64,000 nt of DNA from an uncultured Flavobacteriaceae bacterium (GTDB lineage: Bacteria > Bacteroidota > Bacteroidia > Flavobacteriales > Flavobacteriaceae): NCBI GenBank assembly GCA_963842105.1, contig CAWJFH010000025.1, positions 1,840 through 65,839 of the forward strand, read 5' to 3'. Below, in pieces: positions 41,184-49,795 of this stretch; within the stretch, counting starts at the first letter, position 1, and each line of letters begins with the position of its first letter. A program made the translations under genes and the position numbers. The notes beneath the pieces are model-generated. The model saw only the letters and a list, made by a program, of their open reading frames with translations. It had not been told where the DNA came from and did no database searches.

Positions 41184-41987
41184 CTATTGTGCAAAAAATT
41201 CCATGTAAAAAATGAAAGCGGCCATCACCAAAATGAAATAACCGAAACCTTTTTTTAGTTTATTCCCATCGATAAAATTGCTCAGGTAACTTCCAATAAA
41301 AATTCCGATGAAGGAAAGACCTGTAAATAGGCCTAAAAATTCCCAATCAATCTCCATAGTCAAGGCATCACCCAAAAAGAAACCCATTAAGGATTTAATG
41401 GCGATAATGATAAGGGAGGTACCAACGGCTACCTTCATTTCAACATTTGCCAAAATAACCAAAGCGGGAATAATCAGAAATCCACCACCCGCACCGATCA
41501 TACCGGTAATTCCACCCACGACTAGACCTTCGGCCAAAATCAGGACATAATTATAGGTTATCTCACCAGTGACCTCTTTTACTTTTTCTTTTTTCAACAT
41601 GGAATACGCTGCGGGAACCATAAGTACGGCGAATAAACCGAACATGGCCATTCTACGGGTAAACTCAAATCCTTGTAATGTGAATAGGATATTTGGCATG
41701 GCCGGTACCACATAATGTCTAACCACGGTTACCCCAATGATGGCGGGAATACCAAAAACAACAGCAGTTTTCCAATCTACAAATCCTTTTAAATGCTGTT
41801 TCCACCCCCCTAAAAGAGCACTGGCGCCAACGATGAATAAGGAATAAGCCGTAGCGGCCTTTTCGTTAATGGAGAAAAGATAGGCAAGTACCGGAACGGC
41901 AAGGATAGAACCCCCACCACCAATCAGACCTAATGACACACCGATAATGAGTGCGCTGATGTAACCAAAAATATGCAACATGTCCAT
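41184..41987 (-). CDS. TauE/SafE sulfite exporter
   Basis: GLIGGGGSILAVP and GAGGGFLIIP repeats, about 8 TMs. Confidence 0.9.
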   Translation of the reverse strand: MDMLHIFGYISALIIGVSLGLIGGGGSILAVPVLAYLFSINEKAATAYSLFIVGASALLGGWKQHLKGFVDWKTAVVFGIPAIIGVTVVRHYVVPAMPNILFTLQGFEFTRRMAMFGLFAVLMVPAAYSMLKKEKVKEVTGEITYNYVLILAEGLVVGGITGMIGAGGGFLIIPALVILANVEMKVAVGTSLIIIAIKSLMGFFLGDALTMEIDWEFLGLFTGLSFIGIFIGSYLSNFIDGNKLKKGFGYFILVMAAFIFYMEFFAQ

Positions 41988-42036
41988 GATAATTTATTTT
42001 ATGCTGCAAAGCTAGAGGACCCTTATCCGGTGGGCA

Positions 42037-42050
42037 GTAACAATGGTTAC
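42037..42050. promoter_or_regulatory. Box B operator GTAACAATGGTTAC
   Basis: 22 nt from minus-strand -7 TAGCTTTG (42014-42007). Confidence 0.8.
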
Positions 42051-42057
42051 AGAGGTG

Positions 42058-42690
42058 TTATAATTTTTTAATTTGTATATAATTTCGATGAAGTTCAATA
42101 TGCCCCAGTTGCTCTAGTTTTTTTAAAAGTCTAGATATGACCACTCTGGAGCTGTGTAGGTCGTAAGCAATTTCTTGATGAGTGTTGTGGATAATTGTGT
42201 CATTATTCACTCTAGCTTTTTCTTTTAAATAGCCTATTAACCGTTCATCCATATGTTGAAAGGCAATACTGTCCAAGGTATTCATTAACTCGTTCAACCT
42301 TAGGTGATAGCTGTTAAAAACAAAGTTTCGCCAAGATTTGTATTTAGCGATCCATTCTTCCATTTTTTGTATGGGTACCATAATTAGTTTGGCATCCGTT
42401 TCCGCAATGGCCCTAATCTCGCTTTTGGTATCGCCCATACAGCAGGCCATGGTCATGGAACATGTATCTCCTTTTTCTAAGTAATATAACAAGAGTTCGT
42501 CTCCTTGCTCATCTTCCCTAAGAATTTTGATGACTCCAGAAATCAATAAAGGCATACCCCTTACATAATCGCCAATTTCCATAAATTTGAAACCTTCCGG
42601 AACTTCTTTGAAAGTACCCACCTGAACTATTTCATTAATGAGTTCCTCTTCAAAAACATGTCCGTATTCCGCTTTTAATTCCTGAATCAT
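42058..42690 (-). CDS. Crp/Fnr-family transcriptional regulator of the sulfur island
   Basis: cNMP barrel with TCSMTMACC; HTH THQEIAYDLHSSRVVISRLL. Confidence 0.9.
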   Translation of the reverse strand: MIQELKAEYGHVFEEELINEIVQVGTFKEVPEGFKFMEIGDYVRGMPLLISGVIKILREDEQGDELLLYYLEKGDTCSMTMACCMGDTKSEIRAIAETDAKLIMVPIQKMEEWIAKYKSWRNFVFNSYHLRLNELMNTLDSIAFQHMDERLIGYLKEKARVNNDTIIHNTHQEIAYDLHSSRVVISRLLKKLEQLGHIELHRNYIQIKKL

Positions 42691-42702
42691 TACTATTGCT
42701 TT

Positions 42703-43092
42703 TTAATTGATTTTATTGGAGAGTCCTTTATCATAAGTGAAAAATATATTTGCCCAAATTGATTTTGATACCGCTGCTATCCAGGGCATGGCTAGAACCA
42801 GAGCAACAACCATGAGTATGAACAAAGTTCCTATCCTTAGGTGTAGCCCTAAAATCAAAGTTAAGACATAAACGGCAACAGCGACCGCAATACCTACACC
42901 ATAGGATACGTACATCGAACCTGTGTAAAAACTTGGTTCCATACTGTATTTTAATTGACATTTTGGGCAACGTTCCTTTACCTTGTTGAAATTGCTCAAC
43001 TTGTAGGGATTGGCTTCAAAAAAATCACCTTTCTGGCATCTAGGGCATTTTAAAAATAGAATACTGTACAGTTTAGAGCCTCTTTTTAACAT
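42703..43092 (-). CDS. DUF983 zinc-ribbon membrane protein
   Basis: CPRC, CPKC, EPSFYTGSMYVSYG, two TMs. Confidence 0.82.
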   Translation of the reverse strand: MLKRGSKLYSILFLKCPRCQKGDFFEANPYKLSNFNKVKERCPKCQLKYSMEPSFYTGSMYVSYGVGIAVAVAVYVLTLILGLHLRIGTLFILMVVALVLAMPWIAAVSKSIWANIFFTYDKGLSNKIN

Positions 43093-43137
43093 TGAACTAT
43101 TTTTCTACAAAACTATTTAGTCGTCTTTTTTTTATCG

Positions 43138-43151
43138 GTAACATAGGTTAC
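43138..43151. promoter_or_regulatory. Box B operator GTAACATAGGTTAC
   Basis: 22 nt from minus-strand -7 TAGTTTTG (43115-43108) of the DUF983-crp operon. Confidence 0.8.
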
Positions 43152-43225
43152 ATAAAACCATGTTTTTGGTTTTCATTTTGAGTACCGCTACTCCGTAAAA
43201 TTATTTGATCTTAAACTTAAGACAC

Positions 43226-43239
43226 CTGATATAAATCAT
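43226..43239. promoter_or_regulatory. Box A operator CTGATATAAATCAT
   Basis: 22 nt from plus-strand -7 TAGTTTTG (43262-43269) of hemN. Confidence 0.78.
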
Positions 43240-43287
43240 ATTTTCTGATTACAGCAGTAATTAGTTTTGTGTAAAATTGAAATTACT

Positions 43288-44649
43288 ATGTGCACGCTTG
43301 TTCAAAAATACAATGTACCTGGTCCACGTTACACCAGTTACCCCACAGTTCCTTTTTGGGATAGCAGTACCTTCTCTGGGAAAAAGTGGCAAGAATCAGT
43401 TCAAAAAAGTTTTCATGCCAGTAATTCAGTAACTGGTATTAGTCTATATATCCATTTACCATTTTGTGAAAGTATGTGTACGTTCTGTGGATGTCACAAG
43501 CGAATTACTAAAAGACATGATGTTGAACTGCCTTATATAAAATCGGTATTAAGGGAATGGAAATTATATACCAATCTTTTTTCTGAAAAGCCCGTTATCA
43601 AGGAACTTCATTTAGGAGGCGGTACCCCCACTTTTTTCACTCCCGATAATTTAAAATTCCTCATTGATGGTATTTTCAAGTTTGCCCATAAAGCGATAGA
43701 TGCTGAATTTAGTTTTGAAGGCCACCCCAATAATACCACCAAGGAACATTTACAGGCTTTATTCGATGTTGGTTTTAGGCGCGTAAGTTTCGGGGTTCAA
43801 GATTATAACGAGAAAGTTCAAAAAGCCATACATCGTATACAGCCTCTTGACCATGTTAAAAATGTTACGCAGTGGGCTAGGGAGATTGGCTATACTTCGG
43901 TAGGGCATGATCTGATTTTTGGGTTACCACACCAAAAGCTAAAACATGTTTTAAAAACCATAGAAATAACGAAGGATTTAATGCCTGATCGACTGGCGTT
44001 TTATAGCTACGCGCATGTGCCATGGTTGCCAGGTAATGGTCAACGAGGCTATAAAGATTCAGATTTGCCTACGGCGGATGAAAAACGCGACCAATACGAA
44101 AAAGGTAAAAAGTTATTGTTGGAAGCAGGGTATGCCGAAATAGGCATGGATCATTTCGCCTTAAAAACCGATAGTCTTTATATAGCAATGGAAGATGGTA
44201 GTTTACATCGTAATTTTATGGGGTATACCACATCTAAAACCCATCTAATGATTGGGTTAGGAGCTTCAAGTATAAGTGATAGTTGGTATGGTTTTTCGCA
44301 AAATGTAAAGAATGTAGAGGAGTATCAAGATCTCGTTGCCAATGATATCATACCGGTGTATAGAGGTCATTTATTGAGCGAAGAAGACCAAGTCATTAGA
44401 CGGCATATCTTAAATTTAATGTGCAGGTTTCAAACCTCATGGAGTCCGTTTAAATTACATTTTCCACAGTTGGAAGGCGTACTTGAAAAACTATCCGAAA
44501 TGGAACAGGACGGGTTGGTAGAGATATCAGAAGGAAGCCTGCTCATTACCGAAAAAGGGAGACCTTTTGTTCGAAATGTATGTATGGCCTTTGATTTGCC
44601 GCTGCAACAAAAAGCACCTGAAACGAAGCTTTTTTCAATGACCATTTAA
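43288..44649 (+). CDS. hemN: Oxygen-independent coproporphyrinogen III oxidase
   Basis: GPRYTSYPT, CESMCTFCGC radical SAM motif, GGGTPT; ATG at 43288 lies downstream of the promoter. Confidence 0.95.
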   Translation: MCTLVQKYNVPGPRYTSYPTVPFWDSSTFSGKKWQESVQKSFHASNSVTGISLYIHLPFCESMCTFCGCHKRITKRHDVELPYIKSVLREWKLYTNLFSEKPVIKELHLGGGTPTFFTPDNLKFLIDGIFKFAHKAIDAEFSFEGHPNNTTKEHLQALFDVGFRRVSFGVQDYNEKVQKAIHRIQPLDHVKNVTQWAREIGYTSVGHDLIFGLPHQKLKHVLKTIEITKDLMPDRLAFYSYAHVPWLPGNGQRGYKDSDLPTADEKRDQYEKGKKLLLEAGYAEIGMDHFALKTDSLYIAMEDGSLHRNFMGYTTSKTHLMIGLGASSISDSWYGFSQNVKNVEEYQDLVANDIIPVYRGHLLSEEDQVIRRHILNLMCRFQTSWSPFKLHFPQLEGVLEKLSEMEQDGLVEISEGSLLITEKGRPFVRNVCMAFDLPLQQKAPETKLFSMTI

Positions 44650-44697
44650 AGAAAAAACTTAAAGAAATTTAACCTATAACCCCATAAAAATCAGTTT

Positions 44698-45519
44698 ATG
44701 AAAAAGATAATTGTACTTACAGATTTTTCGGAATGTTCTTCATTTGCTTTAAAAGCGGCAGCATCTATAGCCAAAGCAAACACGGCTGGCATTTTGGTGA
44801 TTCATATGTTGGAGTTAAACCAAGCATTGATGACCACTGCAGAGGGTTTTCAGCCTGAGCAATCCATTTACATGATAAAATTGGCTGAAAAAAGGATGAA
44901 AGAATTCTTAGATCAGCCCTATTTGAAAGGTATCGAAGTAACGCCAATCATCAAACATTACAAGGTGTACAGTGAGGTAAACCTCATTGCAGAGGAACAT
45001 GATGCTGATTTTATTATTATGGGTTCTCATGGTAGTGGTGGAATGAGTGAATTCTTCGTAGGTTCCAATGCCGAGAAAGTAGTGCGTAATTCCAATATAC
45101 CGGTGTTGGTACTTAAAGAAGAACTAAAGGACTTTAAATTGGAACGTATGGTATTTGCCTGTGATTTTAAGGAAGAGAGTCTAGCCGCCTTCCAAAAGGC
45201 AAAAGAATTCGCAGCATTGTTTCAAGCGAGTCTTGAACCTGTATTTATAAATGTTCCGGGTGATGATTTTATGAGCACCCGTGACGCCTACGAACGTATC
45301 AATAAATTTTTAAGTAAGGCCAATGCTGCACAGCAAGTAGAAATATATAATGATTATAGTTTGGAGCAAGGAATCCTGAATTATGGAAAATCCATTTTAG
45401 CGGATATCATTGGAATCCCTACCCATGGTCGTAAAGGTCTTTATCATTTCTTAATGGGTAGTCTTGGCGAGGATATTGTAAATCATGCCACCATACCGGT
45501 GATTACTTTCAAAATCTAA
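44698..45519 (+). CDS. Universal stress protein
   Basis: IIVLTDFS, MGSHGSGG...GSNAE, THGRKG. Confidence 0.92.
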   Translation: MKKIIVLTDFSECSSFALKAAASIAKANTAGILVIHMLELNQALMTTAEGFQPEQSIYMIKLAEKRMKEFLDQPYLKGIEVTPIIKHYKVYSEVNLIAEEHDADFIIMGSHGSGGMSEFFVGSNAEKVVRNSNIPVLVLKEELKDFKLERMVFACDFKEESLAAFQKAKEFAALFQASLEPVFINVPGDDFMSTRDAYERINKFLSKANAAQQVEIYNDYSLEQGILNYGKSILADIIGIPTHGRKGLYHFLMGSLGEDIVNHATIPVITFKI

Positions 45520-45525
45520 ACCATA

Positions 45526-46002
45526 TTGTTCAAAAATTTAACAACTTTACAAAGTCAGAACGTTCTCAAGGAAAACTTCTTGGGAACGCTTTCTTTTGCC
45601 AATGGTGAGCAACCTTTTGTGGATACTATGACCTATTTTTTTGATGGGGGTAGTCTTTTAATTCTTAGTTACTCTGAAAATGGGCCAAGTTCTTTGTCCC
45701 TTAAAGGACCCACCAGAGTTTCTTTTGGAGTATCGCAAAATTCAGAATTCAAAAATTACAATTATATCCTACTTCATGGGATACTTACAGAATTAAAAGC
45801 AGATGAAGGTAAAAAGGCAATTAAATGCTTTAATCAAAGGATACAGAAAATTATAGCGAAAAGTGAATCGGCCAACCTTCATTTTATGATTAATCTACCT
45901 CAATGGATCAAAACCATTAAAAAGCCCTCTATTTTTAGGTTACAGATCAATACCGTATTAGGAAAGGAATACAAAGCCCTAACGAATACTAGTTATTTAT
46001 GA
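45526..46002 (+). CDS. Divergent pyridoxamine 5'-phosphate oxidase-like protein
   Basis: Aligns by eye with 14338-14793 (LKENFLGTL...TYFFD...SYS). Confidence 0.55.
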   Translation: MFKNLTTLQSQNVLKENFLGTLSFANGEQPFVDTMTYFFDGGSLLILSYSENGPSSLSLKGPTRVSFGVSQNSEFKNYNYILLHGILTELKADEGKKAIKCFNQRIQKIIAKSESANLHFMINLPQWIKTIKKPSIFRLQINTVLGKEYKALTNTSYL

Positions 46003-46698
46003 CATTCCAATGCGCTGGAAACAACCTCAGTAACCGGTTTTGGGGATAGATAGGGTATTCCCAGGCCTAGGCCCCTAATGATAAATAATGTCCCAATAAT
46101 CACCACAAAGACTGGAATTAGTTTTTGAACCCTCAATCTTTTTACACCTTTTAGGGCACTACTAAAATATACGGCAACGGTCATCAACGGAATGGTACCT
46201 ACTCCCAAAGAGCACCATATATAAACTTCCTTTTAATGCATCGCCCATAGCAATGGCGCCAAATAGCGCCATATAGACCAGTCCGCAGGGTAGAAATCCG
46301 TTTAAGAAACCGATGGTCAAAAATGTATCAGCAGTTTTCTTTTGGAGTTCCTTACCTAATCTCGCTTTGATTTTAGAAATGACTTTGTAAATAGGTCTAG
46401 ACAGGTTATAGTTATTTAAAGTCTGGGTTGGGATTAGTACTACGATAATCATCAATACACCTATGAGTATGGATAATTTTTGTTGTATTCCAAATAGATA
46501 AAGGCCTTTCCCTAAAACCCCAAAAATAGCTCCTAGGATGCTGTAAGCGCTTAATCTGCCAAAATGGTATATGAATATTTGTCCAAATTTTTTAGTGTTA
46601 GAAGTACGGTCTACCGGCAACATAAAGGCAATGGGTCCGCACATACCTACGCAGTGCAAACTTCCCATAAGACCAAGTATGAGGGCAGATAGTATCAT
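45993..46698 (-). CDS. cbb3 assembly membrane protein (DsbD_2/TauE-like), +1 frameshift near 46205
   Basis: HCVGMCGPI, LPCGLVY, FGVGTIP after removing one G. Confidence 0.82.
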
Positions 46699-46699
46699 G

Positions 46700-47146
46700 T
46701 TAGTACACTAGTTTTTCTTTGAATAGATACGTTTCGTTTTCATATTCCCAGGCAACGTTAATATCCCATCGACCATCCAACAGGTGCTTGTCAGGTATAA
46801 GCAATTGATTACTGGACAAGTTCAGGTCAATGTCAGTGTCCAGTTTTTTGTTGGATGGTCTATAGAGGGATACTGTTCCAGTTATTTTAGAATAGTCCAA
46901 TTCTAATGGGAATAGAATAATAATACCTTCTTCTGTTTGTTCGACGCTAAGTTGAACAGAATTCTTAGTAGCGTTATTCTGGTCATCAATTTCTTTTTGA
47001 AAGGCAAGTTCTGCCCTGTAATAGTCTTCGGTTACCAAATCGTGATTGGCCCTTTCATCTGTGCTCATCCTAAAAATGAAAAATAGTATAAAGCTGATAA
47101 AGGCTATAAAGACGAGTATGATAGATGTTCCCCAGTTGATTTTCAT
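46700..47146 (-). CDS. ccoH: FixH/CcoH family protein
   Basis: NWGTSI, LVTEDYY, LYRPS; position in the cco cluster. Confidence 0.85.
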   Translation of the reverse strand: MKINWGTSIILVFIAFISFILFFIFRMSTDERANHDLVTEDYYRAELAFQKEIDDQNNATKNSVQLSVEQTEEGIIILFPLELDYSKITGTVSLYRPSNKKLDTDIDLNLSSNQLLIPDKHLLDGRWDINVAWEYENETYLFKEKLVY

Positions 47147-47164
47147 AATTATTCTTTTTAATTC

Positions 47165-48583
47165 TTACCTATAACTTCTTGGTGCCAAAAAGGCGGCCAT
47201 AGAAGTTTCTACCAATTGGTCCTTACTATAAACCCCAATTTTCACTTTTTCCTTATCCGTTTTTATAGCGGCATTATTAATTTCGATAAATAGGGTCCCT
47301 TCGGCCAGTCCTTGCGCAGGAACCACAAAATCTTCATGACGGACTAGTTTCACCGTACCCTTATGGGAGAGGAGTTTGAAATGTACATCAGTGATATCTT
47401 TAGTGGTCTTATTGACGAGTTTATAGGTATATACATTACTAATGACATTATTGGCCTTATGTTCGTACAATTGACCTGGTAATCTTAGAATGGTAGCTTC
47501 TACATCATTACGTAAAAACAGCATCCCGATTAGTAATCCGATGAGAACGACCAATACTGCAGAATATCCTTTAAGTCGTGGTGTAAACTTGAATTTTCCT
47601 TTTTTAGTAATCTCATCTTCACTGGCATAACGTATCAACCCTTTTGGAAGGTCAACTTTTTCCATAATGGAATCACACTCGTCTATACAAGCGGTACAAT
47701 TCACACATTCCAACTGCGTGCCATTACGAATGTCTATTCCCGTCGGGCAAACATTGACGCATTGGAAACAATCAATGCAATCCCCATGACCTAAAGCTTC
47801 TCGATCTTCATTTTTCCTGAATTTTTTACGCCCATTTTCACCTTCGCCACGTTTGTGGTCATAGGCGACAATAATGGATTTATTGTCTAGAAGTACCCCT
47901 TGCATTCTTCCGTAAGGGCAGGCGATAATACAAACCTGTTCCCTGAACCATGCAAATACAAAATAGAAGACACAGGTAAAAATAAATAAGGAAATAAGGG
48001 TGCTGGTATGATCTAAAGGTCCATCACTAACATACCGGAACAGTGTGTCACTCCCAATTAAATAGGCTAAAAATATATTGGCGATTAAAAAGGAGATGAA
48101 AAAGAAGACCAACCATTTGGTGACCCGCTTTCTTATTTTCTCCGCATTCCAAGGTTGCCGGTCCAATTTGATTTGCGCACCACGGTCACCATCAATCCAA
48201 AATTCTATCCTACGGAACACCATTTCCATAAAAATGGTCTGTGGGCACATCCATCCGCAGAAAATACGGCCAAAAGCCACCGTAAAAAGTGCAACAAAGA
48301 TGACACCGATAATCATAGAAATTACAACAAGATGAAAATCCTGAGGCCAAAATGGAAAGCTGAAAAAATTAAACCTGCGCTCAAGAACATTGAAGAGCAT
48401 GAACTGGTTCCCATTTATTTTGATGAATGGTGCAGAAATCAAGAAGGCCAATAAGGCATAACTTACATAGGTGCGGTATTTCCAAAATTTACCACTTGGC
48501 TTTTTTGGAAATACCCATGCCCGTTTGCCCTCTTCGCTGATGGTACCTATGGAATCCCTAAAATGTTCTTGATCTTGTGCCAT
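47165..48583 (-). CDS. ccoG: Cytochrome c oxidase accessory 4Fe-4S protein
   Basis: GRIFCGWMCPQ, CIDCFQCVNVCP, ECVNCTACIDEC. Confidence 0.95.
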   Translation of the reverse strand: MAQDQEHFRDSIGTISEEGKRAWVFPKKPSGKFWKYRTYVSYALLAFLISAPFIKINGNQFMLFNVLERRFNFFSFPFWPQDFHLVVISMIIGVIFVALFTVAFGRIFCGWMCPQTIFMEMVFRRIEFWIDGDRGAQIKLDRQPWNAEKIRKRVTKWLVFFFISFLIANIFLAYLIGSDTLFRYVSDGPLDHTSTLISLFIFTCVFYFVFAWFREQVCIIACPYGRMQGVLLDNKSIIVAYDHKRGEGENGRKKFRKNEDREALGHGDCIDCFQCVNVCPTGIDIRNGTQLECVNCTACIDECDSIMEKVDLPKGLIRYASEDEITKKGKFKFTPRLKGYSAVLVVLIGLLIGMLFLRNDVEATILRLPGQLYEHKANNVISNVYTYKLVNKTTKDITDVHFKLLSHKGTVKLVRHEDFVVPAQGLAEGTLFIEINNAAIKTDKEKVKIGVYSKDQLVETSMAAFLAPRSYR

Positions 48584-48598
48584 GTGATTCTTTAAATT

Positions 48599-49600
48599 CT
48601 ATTTCAATTCAGATTTATCTTTTTCGGCATCGTCAAAATCGTCATCTAAAGTCTTTTTGTACGCTAAACTGTCTACTTCAACCTTAATTTTTACGGAATC
48701 CACTTTAGGTGCATCTACTTTGGCATGTGGGTCTATCCAAATATCTCCCTCAGCTTCTTTAGGGTTGGCAGGTGTAGTACCTTGAAAATTTAGGACGTAA
48801 CTGGCCACTTGAGCCATTTCAACAGGTTTTAAGGTCTGTTTCCATGCAATCATACCCTTGCCATCTCGGCCTCCTTCAGAAATAGTACTGAATACATTCT
48901 TGATGCCGCCACCTAGTATCCAGTTTTGATCCGTAAGATTTGGACCAATACCACCACCACCATCAGCCATATGGCAAGCAACACAATTAGATTCAAATAC
49001 TTTTTTACCGGCACTGATATCACCTGCATCTGTGAGAAGTTCTACAGTATTTACATCGACCAGACCTTTTGCAGTTTTCTTATAGGCCTCAATTTCAGCT
49101 TTGGCCAGCGTAACTTCCGTCAGGTATTCGGTCTCTTGGTTGTAATCATTGAATACATGAAATCGTACGAGGTAAACCACTGCAAAAATGATGGTGGCAT
49201 AGAACATATACACCCACCATGGCGGTAATTCATTATCCAGTTCTTGAATACCATCATAATTATGATCAAGGATAATTTCACTTTCCTCTTCTATAGGTTT
49301 AGAGCCTAAAAGTTTTTTATAGACGCGTTTACCCCATGTCCATTCCCATTTTTTATGCTTAGCGGCCAAATATCGTTCCTTTGCATCTTCCGGTAGGGTA
49401 TTGTACATTACGTTTTCAATGGCTTGAATGACAAAGGCAATTCCAATGAGGAGCATTAGAAAAAACACCAATAAGGCCATTAAAATTGGGTATGCTATGA
49501 ATGCGGGTTTGTTACCCCCATCAACTAGGTATTCCATTAGGCCAAAGACCAAAAAGAATATAACGGTTATCCTAAACCACCAGGCGGTCGTATTTTTCAT
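48599..49600 (-). CDS. ccoP: cbb3-type oxidase subunit III (single CxxCH)
   Basis: HNYDGIQELDNELPPWW, CVACH, GPNLTD. Confidence 0.92.
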   Translation of the reverse strand: MKNTTAWWFRITVIFFLVFGLMEYLVDGGNKPAFIAYPILMALLVFFLMLLIGIAFVIQAIENVMYNTLPEDAKERYLAAKHKKWEWTWGKRVYKKLLGSKPIEEESEIILDHNYDGIQELDNELPPWWVYMFYATIIFAVVYLVRFHVFNDYNQETEYLTEVTLAKAEIEAYKKTAKGLVDVNTVELLTDAGDISAGKKVFESNCVACHMADGGGGIGPNLTDQNWILGGGIKNVFSTISEGGRDGKGMIAWKQTLKPVEMAQVASYVLNFQGTTPANPKEAEGDIWIDPHAKVDAPKVDSVKIKVEVDSLAYKKTLDDDFDDAEKDKSELK

Positions 49601-49788
49601 AGTGAATAGTTTTGTTGGTTATCATCTTCTAATGGCATTTCACTCATTTCCTGTATATGTTCCTTGGATGTGGTCATCACCCACCACAAAAGCAGTGCGA
49701 AGAAAACGAAGAAGATGAGTAGTGATATCATAGGGTAGGTGGCAATGCCATCTATACTTTCCATATACCCTTTTACAAATTTTAGCAT
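49597..49788 (-). CDS. ccoQ: cbb3-type oxidase subunit IV
   Basis: 63 aa, one TM, MPLED; between ccoNO and ccoP. Confidence 0.88.
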   Translation of the reverse strand: MLKFVKGYMESIDGIATYPMISLLIFFVFFALLLWWVMTTSKEHIQEMSEMPLEDDNQQNYSL

Positions 49789-49795
49789 GGCTTTC

